This document shows, in pieces, positions 1-14,064 of a stretch of 64,000 nt of DNA. The notes below the pieces were generated by a model. It was not told the origin of the DNA. It was given only the letters and a program-made list of their open reading frames with translations, and did not search any database. The DNA is from Fimbriosthenelais zetlandica. Lineage: Eukaryota. The first letter of the stretch is position 1, and every line of letters begins with the position of its first letter. Where the stretch lies: positions 14,198,001-14,262,000 of the forward strand of contig OZ365112.1 in assembly GCA_977030845.1 (NCBI GenBank), in the 5' to 3' direction. The position numbers were made by a program, and so were the translations under genes.

Positions 1-3000
1 CGATTTCTCCATAACCTATAATATCTGTTATATTCTTTGTTCAATGCGTATCCATTTTTTTCATTTCACTATTGGTTCCATGTTGAACATTAATGGAATA
101 TCAACATGCTTTAATGCATGGATGAACTTTAAAATATGAAATTTGTCCCACCATAAATTATTTCCCAGGTCCATATTTAATATTCGTTCCGTTTCAATGC
201 GTTTTATTGGTGCCAGCACATGCCATGCAAAAATCAACATGGTTAATTCATGATACAAATATCAAATATCTTTATGAATGAATAACGAACAAAATGTTAA
301 AAGGCTCTTTTTAGAGCCATTTTTCATGTCTGGTGACAGTAAGTATTAAGTATACATTGTGAATATCATTATGAATAGCAAATTCTGTCCGATATATAGA
401 CGACACTATAGTTCTTGAAGTGATTGTAAGCTTCTCCAGTACTGACAAAATCTTAGAATACATTGCTGTATGAAAGCAGCATATCACAGGCGAGGATGAG
501 TTGGAGGAGGCACCACCAGAAGCCCATCTCATGAATATTCATGAAGTTCCTGAAGCCAGCATTGAAGCCATGTGTAGATCTTTGTATTTGGCGCGCCTGT
601 AAGCAAGCCTCGCTTTATGACTGAGGAGATGTAGTGGCTTCAGAAACACTGTTGAAGCTTAGGACGAGGGGCTTTGTTCAGCTACAAACATACCCCTTCA
701 ATGAATGCAGTATGGAAATGACTTCAGCGCTGAGAGGGACATAACTATGTTGTTCTGTGGAACATGAATTTTTCACTAATGCTACTCAGTGAGTGTTGGA
801 AATCCCTGGGGATTTAGCTGGTCATTCACAAATCCTATTTGAAGCTGCTCTGCTGCATTTCTCTAGAGCCAGCGCCTTTTTCAATAAGACATTTTTTCTT
901 TCCTTTCCTTCTGTTGACTAGAAAATTAGAAATGCAACGTTGAAAACCTATTCCTTAAGTCAAGTCAAGATTCATATTAGTTAAATCCGTTGACTATTCT
1001 CAACTGCAGTAAAGATCGAGTGAAATGAATAGAAACGATCCCTTTCCAAACGTCAACCCACATCTTGACTTCTTTTGATGTGTATTCACAGTGTGTTTGG
1101 ATCGGGAGGATGTAGCAGCAAGGCTCACTATTGACCTTTTCAACCCTGTGTTTACCATTCACTTGCTTTCTCCACCACGAGGCACTGTGATATGTGAGCC
1201 ACTCTACAAAAGCTCCCACCAAGATCCCACTCAATACACGGCCACATCTCCAGCTTCCCTGACATGAAATCCCCCTCCCTGGTTTCAATCGACCCTCGTG
1301 ATTTACACAGCTTTACTCGGGTCCTAAGGGCATCAACTGTTATACTAGGTGTCTTTCGAACGCACCACACGTCTTTGACGGGGACACTCGACTTGTGACA
1401 GAAATCTTGTCATTCAAGTCTCTCTCGGTTCTCCCTTCTCTCCTTTCTCCTCCTGCTTCTCCTCGTTCACAATACTGCTATAGAATGCCATAGGAGATTC
1501 AATCAGTCCTTGCTTGTCGCCTTTCCCTGAAGCCAACACAAAAGGTCCCTGCTGCAGGAGATGGAATATAGGTGCAATTCATCACAGAAAATTCAAGGCA
1601 TGCAGCTTTTTATCGAAAGTGCTATAGTTAGGAAGCGCATGTATTAAAATGAGCTTTAAACCTTGGTACGTTTCTTTCTAACCGTACGAAATTCTTTCCC
1701 TTAACTTGTTTTATTCCCCATGCACCTAATTCACTCCGAGTGAATCACTGCGAGGAATCACCAGGCCATAAAATGAAAATTTCCCAACAACAATGACCAT
1801 TATGAACCCATCAATTCTTTTAAATAGTTATGATAGATCTGCCCATGCTTTGAATGGGGCCTTTTCTTTTCCTCTCTGCTCAGTCCATTCAGTTTAATCA
1901 CGAAGTTTGCCGATCCTTTCCGATGAATCTTTTCTTCGGTGGTCAACCAAGGAATCTTTCTTGCTCCTCGATTATTCCTTTGGCACCGTGAGAAAGCGAC
2001 CATCGGTGATGGGCTGTCGACGAAGCAAGCATCTGGAAAGAGTGGTACATTGATAACTAAAAAGACCATTCGTCTATCTCTCCTTGCCATGCCTCTCCCT
2101 CTAGACTGTTGGGGCATTGGGAAGTGATCGCTTGAGCGGGTCTCCAAGGATATGGCGGTCCCTCACCACCCAAACCTCCCTGGTGAATACGGTATATAAT
2201 ATCTATCCCCGACTTTAACTTATAGCACTCTCACAACAATATCCCCCTAGTTATATATGCAGCAGTTGTAAAACAGTTATCACAATGGAACAGGAAGCGG
2301 GGCTGTAGAGATGTAGAGATGTTATCCCCCTCCCTCCCTCTCCAAGATATGAACACCGTTGTCATAACAACCTCTTTGATGGGGGAAGCCTGGTAGTTGA
2401 AGACAGAGCTGCCCTTTTCTTGAAGGGGGGCCATGCAGAAAGAATTGTCATTCCTGCAGATAGAAATAGGACACAGATGGCCATTGCTTAAGGCCTGGAA
2501 TTGTCATACCAAGCATTATGGTTGCATCCCCAATTTCATCCACATTCTGATAGGTTCACCCCATGCCTGGGACATATCAAAATGACATGAATGTTCCTGC
2601 CAAATCCCAACCCCGTTCACATCTTTAATTCCCTGGTTTAACCCTAGATGAAGCAAAGATTAGTTTTGCCACCAAACCCTCCGTCCTATATTTGTATAAA
2701 AAAAACTGCACATGTGTATGACAATCTCGAAATTGTATAGATAAATACATGTAGAGGAAGGGGTGTGATAGCATAGTAAAAACCATAGCAAGGGGATGTG
2801 CAGCTGTCAGACGCCTGTAACGATATCTCATCTATAACTGAAGTATCTATCACTGTTCATTCGCCCCCATCAAGCCCACAAAGCTGCATATCGCCAGCTT
2901 CAATTTAGTTTCCTATTACTGAGGCTTAGGCCGCGCCGCTCGCACACAGGGCCAAATATTCTAACAAATCTTGTGTGTGTCACTGGATGTTAGGTATGGA

Positions 3001-6000
3001 ATGGGCAAGTGGAAACATTTCATGTTGATAAGAATGATAGTGGGGGTAGTGTAGTGAGATAGCAGGGGCCATCTGCTGGGATGTTGGGGTGGGTGGGGTG
3101 GTGGGGGTATAGGAGGTTAGATTAATGAGGGGCTTTTGAATTTTCATCTCTCCTTCTGTTGTCTTGCTCGGGTATGATCTGAGAATGAAGAGAGACAGAG
3201 ATGGAGTGCTATCTCTATGTGAGATGAAGATTTCTGTGGTGAAGATAAGGCCTCTGGCTTTCTCCCACTCAGTGAGAACGAGTTGTGGGTGTGCTTTTTC
3301 GGTATATAATGGGTTGTCAACTTGTGCATTAAGTGCAATCGAATAATTCTAGTGACGAAAATGTATGCTACACATTTTAGTAACGAATTTGATTATACAA
3401 CTTCGTGCACTTTTGGGTTTGTGGATGTGATATTTAAAACCATTATTTCTTAACATAAAGCAGCCAGAGCTGTGGTATTGTGTTCTCCCTCTAAAAGTAA
3501 TTGGGATGATTTTGTTTTGTTTTTGCCCTTCATAAATGTGATCAATGGCTGACTTGGAGTCTATTGAAGGCTGTCCGAGGAACTTAATATCAGAACAAGA
3601 TAAAGATATAAAAGGGGTAAACATGATCATGACATATGTCCCTGTAGATTTTGACTGCCAGGTTTTTCCCTTGAGATAGGAATGAGTGGTCTGCCTGTTG
3701 GTTCTATCAACAGAGCCCCAGTCTGATATGTCGGATGTATAGTCATTATTGTGATGCATCACTGTGAATGCTACATAACCTCTGATGAATAAGAGTCGGT
3801 TATTCTGTCTAAAATACAATCCTGTTGTGCTCGTGCCTTTATTTCGGCCGTTTTATTTCATGCACTTTCTCCGCATGCGAGACTCCACATCTGACTTGTT
3901 TGTGAAATATCCTTCAAAATTCGCTGTGGACTATCGGTATAATTATTGTAATCCTTTCGTCATCTTATCCTAGTTCATCTTGAATTTTTGAAGGAAAAAC
4001 TTGGTTCGTTTTTGTATTGACATAAATGTATTGTAAATGACTAATATCAAAATCCCTCATGCATTTTCCAACTAACGAATATAATGACGTTCCAATAAAG
4101 GTCCTGCTCGAACGTCGCCTATATGAATGGCAGAAGTCTAATCAATCAATTTTTGATTGTCCCATGCATCATATTTGATATAACACACTATAGGAGGGAA
4201 GGATTATAAAGGATCGGAGTTGGAGCTGGGTGGATTGGAGTGATTGTTTTTGATAGAGTATGAGGATGGAGAAAGAGATCCTTCTCTGATATACTCGCCT
4301 GTTTCTATGTGTCTGTATGGGAGAAGACTGGAAGAGAGAGAATGAATGTGGAAGAAATAGGGTCAGTCATATTTATTCTCCATGTGTAATATTCTGGGAC
4401 CCTGGGGAGTGTTACTGGCTCGGGCCAGCCGAGGAAATAGTCATTTTTCATCTGAGAATATAGGTCAGGCTAGTACGGCTTTGTTTACATCGAGGAGGGG
4501 AGGGCGAGAACGAGGCCTTACTCACTGCTCCCTCTATTTTCTCTCACACTCTCTCATTCCTTCTCACACTTTTCAGGAAAGTAGCATCATATTAGAGTGT
4601 AGTAAGTTGGGAAATGTTAGATTATTTATTGTTATTCGATCGATCTGTTTCTGTCTGCGGTTCTCTCCGTTTCTCCCCCTGTTTCGCCTCTTTTTCACAC
4701 TGTTGGCTTCACAGATGGCTTCTGATATCTGACCGAGTCAAAGCAAGATAAGCATCGAAAATATCATAAAAAGTACATTAGCGTGGGTTATTGATAAGAT
4801 GGCTTAAATTGTTATTGCCTATGCTTGAGTGTTGCTAGAATTTTGGCCGAATCTTTGTTAGTATTTGGACGTTATTCCCTGTCTATGTGAATGGGTTGGG
4901 GCCGAATTACAATGGAAAATTTGTGCATGAATGCTTGGGAAAATGTCTATAATTGTGTAAACGCTATTGAGGCTAATCTAATTATGTGTGGCACCTTCAT
5001 ACCTCAGTAGGTATAATAAATCACAGCATACATGTATATAATTATACTGTTGTAAAATAAACTTTAATATGATTCATCTAAATCTGAAACGTGCTCCAAA
5101 GTCGATTCTCGTTCCCCGCGCACAGCAATGGGAATGAAAACACACATGGAAATGTAGTATGATAGATTCCTCTCAAAACAAGATGAAAAAACTTGTTAAA
5201 ACGGGCGAAATTAAGATGGATTATTACGATATGAGTCATTTTGTGAAAGGCCAAGGAGGCTCCATCATCCTCCCCTCCGTTATTGTTGTCTAATTGTTGG
5301 AACAATCCTCCCCGATTCGTCTTCCTCCATTTTGTTTACAGCCCCACTTCGCTTCATATCGGATTTAATGTCACCAAATCCACACACATGGCTTCTTTCT
5401 CAAGTCCCTGGTCAAAAATTACTCTTCAATCTAGTAAAAGCGGGGAACTTCGTTTGTTTTATACTGTGGATTCCCTCTTTTGATTCGTTCATTGAAGTCA
5501 CTCTTGAGTATAGATTTGAACTTGATACCATCTCAGGGTGTCGCAAAGCCGGTTTTCGTTTGTTGATTGAACGAAAATTGTTTGGCGCGACCATAAGAGA
5601 TAATGTAACTTTTATTCATCATAAGGATATGGAAGATCAATTGGTGATATCTGTTAGTGATTCCTTCTGCGATTACGCCGATATTCGTTTATCTCTTCTA
5701 TATTTTCCCTTCTGTTTCCACTGGCTTTCAAGTCGAGAAATTGGAATAAACTCATGCAGTGTGATTTATTCCTTGTAATCATTTTATTCAAATGACAACT
5801 ACCTCATACCACTTTCCAGCTTATGATATACCTTGTACGTATATTTTAAAGTAACATAATATAGTTTAGTGACTTTTAAAAAATACATTGATCTGGGAAC
5901 CTAAAAGAGATAGTCAGAAATCCCATAAAGTATTGTGGATAAATTAAATGGGACTATTTACAAGCTGTGAAAATTCCATTCATCGTAATGCCTTCAGAAA

Positions 6001-7439
6001 TTACCTGAAGTAATTATTCTAACGCATTTCCATCTAGTTTTCTTGTTTTTGCCTGGCCCATCCCAGAACTTTTCCGTCTGTGGCATAGATGAAGAGACGT
6101 AGAAAATCAATTTGGAAAGTAGCAAAGATTAAGGCAAAACAAATCAATTATTCATAGCCTTCTAGAAATTATCATGTCCCTGCCATAGAGGCTGGAGTCC
6201 GTGGCCTAAAGATACTGACAATTCCCTACAAAGGGCATGAAAATTATACATTCCTTTCCTTTCTTGATAATGCCCTATCTCCCCTCCGCAGGGTCAGCCA
6301 AACCGAATGGCTGGGTCAGGGGCGCGGGAGAGCGGTGGAGCTTATCACTCCACCGGTAAAGGCCCGTCCTTCTCGGGGGAGGCATGCACGGGTGGCGTCG
6401 GTCTCCGGGGCATCCCTGGTTATGGGCCCTTTTCTCTTGAACATAATCATAACTGGCGTCCAGTGAGGTATAGAGGAAATGAAGAGCTATTTACTATCAG
6501 AGGCTGTAGAAAATATCCACGAGATGGGTGGAGAATTGAGGCGATCCCTCGAGTGTACTTTACCAACGAAAGAGGCTATTTTACAAGCTCTTCTTTTACT
6601 ATCGTAACCATTAATTTGAATAACTGAATGTTGCGCTCTTGGCTTTCCATGGGCTTCCTTCATTCTTACTTTTTTCCCCTTTAAAATCATTCACGAATAT
6701 TCACTGTCTGACAATATCTAGGCATTTATGCATGCCATGGGTCTAAACTACCTCCATTAATGGGTAAAAGAAAAGAAAAGTCAAAATTAAAAAAAAAACA
6801 TGTTAATGACCTTTTACTAAGTTTTAGATTATCCATTTTTTATACTCGTGTACCAGTTAATGAGTTTCCCTTACAGTTTATTATAGTTTCGTTACTATAA
6901 ATTTGAACATTATGGCTGACCAGTATTACGACGCAAGGCTTGGTTGTAAAAAAAGGCTATTATGTGCATTTGCAATGATGACAATTGAAAGACGAAATCT
7001 ATTTCTCAGTGATTTATCTGTTAGACATTTTTGACTGGGTATGGAATATTGGCACCCCTCGGATATGACTTACTTTTTGTTCACAGCTTTAGTACGTTGA
7101 ATTGTTTTCAAATATTAATTTAATAATAAGTATTTCTATCAAACGTAATAGAATTTAGGGGAACGATTTCCGTTTTTATCTTGGCGAATTTTCTGTTGAA
7201 AGCATACTCATAAATATTGGAAATATTTAGTGGTTTTATCCATGGCAGGAAATAATGATATTCTGCGTTTCTTACGTGGAGAAAAATAATAATTATTGGT
7301 GCTGAATTTTATTTGTAATCGCACTTCCTTTTCTTCATATTTATGAAAGGAACATATGTCCCCTCAGGATAAATTTGACCTGGTTTTAGTTTCCCCCTTT
7401 AGTGGCCTCCCCTTTTCTTCCACCACATGGTGATTACAA

Positions 7440-8130
7440 TTTGTTCCTATCGTTGAGCGCGAGCTCTGAGCTCTAACGTGACATAAACACACACAAAAAT
7501 GGGCGCCAGCTCACAAATCATTTTGCCCGCCTTCCGCCTGCCTGCCCAACCGGCCTTCCCGCCTCTCAGTGCCGCCTGTAAGCCCAGCCCATCACGCCCC
7601 CATCGGCGGGCCTCCCTCGCCGTCCATATTTTTCCCGCGTCTTTTAAGAGCGCTCGTAAAATCCCCCATTTCTTTTCGAAATAACATCTGAATCTGACTT
7701 TTCATTTCCAAATATGAGTGAATCAAGTGTGCATTGTAGTATTTCTGGGTTTGGGAGGGAGGATTTTGCATTGCAAGGCTGGACTCCCCGTCTTTGCCTC
7801 GGCGCAGTATTCAGAAGATTGATACTCGTACATATATCATGTGCTCCACGGCCATTTTTACGTGTCGCGCCGGAGAGGGCCGTGAAAAAGGCGCCTTTCT
7901 GCGGCAGTCTGTCGTCTGGTCTCGAGCGCGACGCACCTAAACGTCCAAAAGGAGAAGATACGTTCCTAACACAGAGAATCAAAGGTAAGAGGATGATTTC
8001 CAAGCGCAGCAAACCTCTGGTTCGTTTCTAACGCCATGTTGGATCGAAACTGTTGCTTCAGCAGCGAGGGAGGGGAGCCAGACGGTAGCGCAGCCAGGAG
8101 GGATGGTGGATTCAAGATGGCGGCTGGGTG
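7440..8130 (+). promoter_or_regulatory. CpG/GC-rich promoter-like island with strong donor and YY1 motif; candidate start of the mir-10 host transcript
   Basis: Visibly CpG-rich compared with its AT-rich flanks. Donor AAG|GTAAGA at 7985-7990. Perfect YY1-type CAAGATGGCGGC at 8113-8124. Confidence 0.4.
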
Positions 8131-11100
8131 GTGGTGGGTAGAGACGCTGTGCTTATAATGGTGTAGTGGAAAAGGCTGGTGGCAGGAAGGAGAGGAGATG
8201 TGTTGATAGGACTTGGCTAGCCAACCGGAGACTATCTGACACGAATACCAAGGGAAAAACCAACCGTGGAGGTGCCAGATATGTGTATTGACCGTGGGAA
8301 GGAGGGTAGAAAGAGGGAGAATAGAGCCCTAACCAATACCTGTCTGTTAGGGAAGGGTGGAATTTAGAGCCCTATAGAGAGGTGGGAGGATCCGACAGGG
8401 TGTCACTGCCTGCCCGAGTGGAACAGACATGCACATATTGAAGGCTGTTTCTTTACAAAACCAGGGCTATATAGATGGAACTTTACTGAATCTACCGCCA
8501 TCTAGTTCACTGAATTTACCACTAATACCACCTGTGTCTGTGTGTCTGTCAGTTGGGCCCTGTATTATGTTCACTGGTCGTGGGTGGGTCACTCTGGGGG
8601 TTTAGGGGGGAGTTGAAGTGTGTGGATCTCAGTAGAGGGGGGTTTAGAGTTAGTTGCATGGTTGGGGGTTGGGGGGAGATCTCAAGCTGTAGGGATTTGA
8701 GGGTGAGTCGGCATGACTTCACATCGATCAATGCCAGGAGACCTTTTCTGTTGCCATGGCAATGATAGATTGGATGAAGGCTGGAGCCCAGTCAGGGCCT
8801 GCCTCTGGCTCTTTCCCGCCACTCACAATTCTACTTGAGATGCCCCCACAAGGGCTCGTGCCAATCCCACTTTTCTACACCATGCCCTCCCCTTCACCCT
8901 TCCCCTCTCCCCAACCATCTCCCACTGAAAGATTCCACATCAACCTATATACATACCCATTCAAAGAAACCCCTTCATTTTTATACCCCTCTCTTTTATG
9001 CTTTACCCTTGGGCAGTAGAAGGGGCAGCACTCAGCAATGAACTAAAAATAGCAACACCCATTGCCGTAATCATAAATCCATTACTGAAACACGCCCAGC
9101 AGAAAGTGGCAGGCTCTCTCCATTGGATTACACCTCTTACTGAAACTGTTATTTACCGATGGGGAGCATCATAAAAATCAGTCACTATCTGATGCCATGT
9201 TGTTAACTCAATATCTCTGAGACTTTTTTGTACTTTTCACATGAAACCTAATGCTAGTCTGGATTGAATTTTTCCTTCTAAATGAGATTGGAATTTGACT
9301 CCCACTGAATCCAATTAAGCCAGATCTAAATGACTTGAAATCAGATGATGATTCTCCAATATCATTAATATTTCCCCCTTTATTAATCAGAGACGATGAA
9401 GATTTTCGTTTCAAATGCTGTTTCTGCTTTATTTTTGAAAGATTTTCATCCTGTTTCAACCACATCAAATGCTAACTTTGATTGCTCATTCGGGGCCTGA
9501 AGTTCCGCTTTTTTGGGGGAAGAAGGGGAGTATTTTTCAGACGAGATATATTTGTTATCAAACTATCTCTCTAGGTCACGTCTTTTCTCGTGAACGAACG
9601 AGATGTCCGCTCTTTGACGGTCTCTTGATGCGATGCGACAGTGGCGCCAGCTCTGATGATAACGGCAAAAGCTGACACTAGTGGCGGAGTTGATGCGCGG
9701 TTCTGTCGCTTAGCGCTACTGAATACATACATCACCCACACAAAATAAGATGTCCGTCGAGGCTGGAGGAGAAAGCCGAGGTGGAGAAGAAGTAGGGGCA
9801 GTGAGAGGGAAGGAGAAGTGTTTTTACCATGGTTCCCTTCCTTGTAATACAGCTCCCGGAGTTTGCCTGGGGCTGGTTTTTAAGAAGGGATCCATTCTAA
9901 GACGCTGGTAATCGTAAGAGGAAATGAGTAGCTAAATAGAAGAGGTGATCAGGCTATCTTAAGCTCATTAATTTGATGAGGGATGGCATTGTATTTATTG
10001 ATTCTCCCATCGAGATGAGCAATCAAAGAGAAATGGATCTCTTGGAGGGATAGAAGATTTTGTAATGGATGGAAAGACTTTTTGAAAAGAATGTAACATG
10101 AGGAATGTGAGGAGAAACAGAGCCAATGAGACTGAACACTGATGCACATCATAGTCAAATCACAGTCTGTATTATTCACCGTGGAAAATATAATTAATTT
10201 ATGACGAAATAACACAGATTGAACCCATGTATAATTATTATTTTTTGGTTCGCATTTCTACTCATTCTCTCATTGATGATATAGAAACTTTTCAGTAATA
10301 TTTCATCCTTTGTCCACTGACAGTGCTGCATCTAATGAATTGTGATTGAAAATGGAGAGCTTGGTGCATTAGGTAATCAAATTATTTCCATAGAAAGTAA
10401 AGCTATCCCACAATGAAGATGCCTAATTACCATGGCAATCCCTGCTTTCAGATACAGGTGACGATAACTCATTAATTCCAATTAACACCCACTACAATCC
10501 CCCGAAATCACATTATTTAAAAATGATGGCTTCAATCAAAGCGAATCTTCATTCAGTCCACGACCGGGGCGGCTGGTCGGAGGATTGTTGGTACATCCAT
10601 GTTTAATATTGGCAGGCCTGTGGGTAGCAGATGGGTGGAGAAAATCTAAATAAGATAATCCACTCTGATCGATTGTTTCTCTCCTCCTTACTGAAACCTA
10701 TGTGATATATTGTAAGAAACAGTAGGGTGTTTCAATTAGACCTCTATCCATGCACTGCCGCATTTTCTCTCATTACTCACTGATGCTGGAAAGGGTGAGG
10801 GTGAATGGGGGTATTTTCCCTTGGATGGTAATCAATTTCCTAGTTCAGGGTTTCAGCGAAGACAGGTCTTAAAGACCTACAATACTGCGTGGATGTGGAG
10901 TTAACAGAAAGGCTGGGGCTGGAAATGTAGCTGCTTGAAGTGTTGATAGATGAGCACTTTCTATTTGGGGACAAAGGAAAAAACTGTGGACATTTGCATT
11001 TAGGGCAGTGGAGCACCGGGGTTGTACTTATGCGAGTCGTCTTTTTTGTTACTCGCTGCATCTTTTTGTTGGAGGCCTTTTAAGATTCAGTTTCAATCGA

Positions 11101-12601
11101 ATTAACATAGCACCTATACAATTCTCAACTATCGCTCTTATAGATGGGCTTATCACAAGGCTAATTAATTATAGTTATCTGAATTCCATAAAATTCAGTT
11201 ACCGATGACTTCCTAGATATTGACATCTCAAACTAGTTAATTGCAGAACTTTTTGTTGAACGTTGCACTATTTTTTTTATAGTCTATTTCACCAGTGAGA
11301 ATTTTAAAAGAAAGCCCCAAGAAAAACGCCACTGTAAAAATATTTGGTTATTTCCCCCTCAAGGGATACTTGCTGTCAACACTCAGCCCATATATTATCA
11401 TCGACTATTTTCTAGGAAGCCTTTGACAATGGATGTTTTATACGGCCCTGGAATCGGGTTCCTTGGTTCTACCCCCACAGGTACAATATATTTTACACAT
11501 CTCATTGAACTTGTTAGGCTTCTAAATCATCATGAGATTTATTTTTTTCTCGTGGTTGATGTGAGTGATCGATAGCTTCAGTGAATTTATGTACAACGTG
11601 TGTTCACTTTTTAGATACTGAGTAAGAATGTCATGCATATGAAAGGCATTAAAAGTCTTTACATGTTTGATATTCACTGTAATGATTTACGATTCAGATC
11701 TATCCATGACTGTATATAATAATGTTTTCAATACTAGTATCTTCCCATTTCAGAGGTAGTAATATCTAAATTTATTAATAAGTAAAGATTGTTAAAATTT
11801 TGAAACCGAATTTTCTAAACTGGGTCTTAAAAAGGCCCTCAGAGTCAATTAAAACAATCGATATCTAGAGTATACCTAGACCGGGCCTTAGAATCCATCT
11901 AGGTTCTGTTCGCTTGGGACAAATTTACTCTTGCCCTCAATGACCATTGTTATAAAGGCCCTCAATAGTTAAGCACCCGGGATAGAACAGAAACACCTCC
12001 CTCCACTTGGGGTTCGATAGAAGATCCAGTTTAAACAACCCCGATTTAGAACCTACTTTCCCCTAACATTCTCCAGGGGATTTTCCCACTCCAAAAGTTA
12101 AGGGAGTGAATACCCGGGGCTTTCCGCCCTGTTCTAAATTAAGGTTTTATAGGGTTTTATTTGAGGAAGTGCCAGGGTAGAACTAGGGTTTTGCTGTGTG
12201 AACCTCGGGCGTTTTATGGCTTTATTGCCCGTGTAGTTTGCTGCATATTGTATCCGTGTGGGTGAACCTTTTTCAGGGTTCATGACTGGTCATCATTGTG
12301 CAAACGATTTCAGCGGAATATCAAACTTTACATTTAGAAAATCTATAAGATTCTTATATTAAATATAGTGCTATGTCCATAATACATTGAATCATGACTT
12401 ACATACATTTATACAGGTATAAACTTTAAAATTTGAATTAATACAATTTCCTTAATACCTGTTTTCGATTGGAAATATTAAGTGATATTTAAGTGCCATT
12501 ATCCACAAGCCATTTGAGTAAATTCCTGCTCTAAATACTTACCTAGAATTGATCAGATTTAGGTCGTGTTTTCGGGACATACCGATACAGTTTGTCGCCC
12601 C

Positions 12602-12782
12602 TTGTTAGATACAATTCACAGAGGGTGTCATAGCTAGCAGCACATTCACAGGTGGCACTGCCATAAAGCGCTGGCCAGCTATTGTAGTGTGGCTGTTTGC
12701 ATGTAGGTGGCGTTAGGGAGGCGCATTGAGAGACAGGCAGCCATTCACACTGTGAATGACACCTCTCTTATCTCACAACAAT
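12602..12782. repeat. Imperfect inverted repeat, about 180 bp (possible decayed MITE or fold-back)
   Basis: AGAGGGTGTCAT (12620-12631) is the exact reverse complement of ATGACACCCTCT (12756-12767). Partial complementarity continues inward (CATTCACAG/CTGTGAATG, CTGCC/GGCAG) and outward (TTGTT/AACAA). Confidence 0.4.
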
Positions 12783-13595
12783 GTATTCTATTCCTGCTCT
12801 TCCTTCCTCTCTAGATCTATTGGCGTGTGAGTTGGCATGCATCCCATATAAATCCTGAAATCTGTCCCGACAATTATGATATGTTTTTACTGGCCAAGAC
12901 CCAAAGGACAGAACATGGCACAATGGCATGCATCAATATTTTGGCTTAGTTCTAAATTAGATTTTAAATTATAAAGATTGGACTATAACGTCATGTATAT
13001 TTTTATTCTAAACAATCAAATATTTGACGATAATTCGTTGAAACAATATTGAAATTGGCACAGTTCTCAAACTTTTATTAAGGAGCATATTTGTAGATTA
13101 TGATGGATGACTCTAATAGATTGCCAGGTTATTCTTTGCATTTGGTTTCTGTCATGGAAATTGCTCATAAAATCAAATTATATGATTTAGATCGTGAGAT
13201 TTTTTATCCACATGCCCTTCTATGGATAACAATAATATAGAATTTTTTGAGTTGGAAAAGCTCTTAGTAAAGCTCAAGCACCACAAAGAATGATAATGAA
13301 CGAGATAGTTCAGGCCCCGGAACTTCCCTTTATGTTGTGTTCAACTCGTGTGAAATCTGATTTTGAACTTAGAGGGGAGAGAACAAAAGCTTCTGTCACC
13401 TACCACTCCTACCAACATGTGTACCCCTCCTCATCGAAGCATCGATTCTCATAATAAAACACAAAAGGCAGAGCTTTTCTTGTTGGGAGGGTGAAAAGAG
13501 AAACATTTGATTCAGGTCAGTAGTTTCACCTTTCCCTTCTATCTCACATTGGCAGCAGATGAGGTACGCCCAATAGAGCGGGGCATGCATGGTAG

Positions 13596-13615
13596 AGGTC
13601 AAGGGCAATGGGTCA
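13596..13615 (+). promoter_or_regulatory. Composite nuclear-receptor element DR8 (DR0 + DR2)
   Basis: AGGTCA-AGGGCA-AT-GGGTCA. Confidence 0.35.
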
Positions 13616-13765
13616 TACCTCACCCGGACACTCCAGGGTCCCCCATCCCCCAGCCTACCCACATTCCACTTTATCTATATGATATAAACACTTGGACAAG
13701 GATACAGGGGCTCTCAGTTTGGCACCGGACTTGATAGGGCCAAGTTCAGACCTTGTACCCTCCAG

Positions 13766-13891
13766 AGAAATTTGTGAATTTTTAAATTTTCGGAGAATTT
13801 ATTTACAAGTGAAGTTCAGGAGTTATAAATGTGGATATTTCCTTCCTTCCTCTCAAATATATAAAGGATATTTGGATTATATTTTTTTCTG
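13766..13891 (+). other. Candidate non-coding exon (126 nt)
   Basis: Acceptor CCTTGTACCCTCCAG|A and donor CTG|GTGAGT. Splice signals are the only evidence. Confidence 0.28.
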
Positions 13892-14041
13892 GTGAGTGTA
13901 GTAATGTTGAGTGACAATACGCACATATAGGAAGGTACTTCATCATGCAATGGAATTTTTATCTAAAGGAACACAGAGGGTCTTTTCAAGCCTTTATAGA
14001 TCGATGCATGGCGTTGTCGATTGCAACTAAAGGAAACTGTG

Positions 14042-14064
14042 TGACAGGGAAGTTGATGGATGGG
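14042..14064 (+). promoter_or_regulatory. Meis/Hth + Pbx/Hox1-type composite site
   Basis: TGACAG (14042-14047), then a 6-bp gap, then TGATGGATGGG (14054-14064). Confidence 0.45.

Noticed and set aside
529-544. 16-bp perfect palindrome TCATGAATATTCATGA
   Set aside because: About one such palindrome is expected per 64 kb.
3638-3656. CCCTGTAGAT, partial miR-10-like word
   Set aside because: Only about 10 nt match and there is no star arm.
3349-5778. 156-aa (minus) and 148-aa (plus) ORFs
   Set aside because: Random-looking composition and no motifs; lengths are attainable by chance in 64 kb.
9650-9680. CTGATGAT...GCTGA resembling C/D snoRNA boxes
   Set aside because: The boxes are too close together and there is no terminal stem or antisense element.
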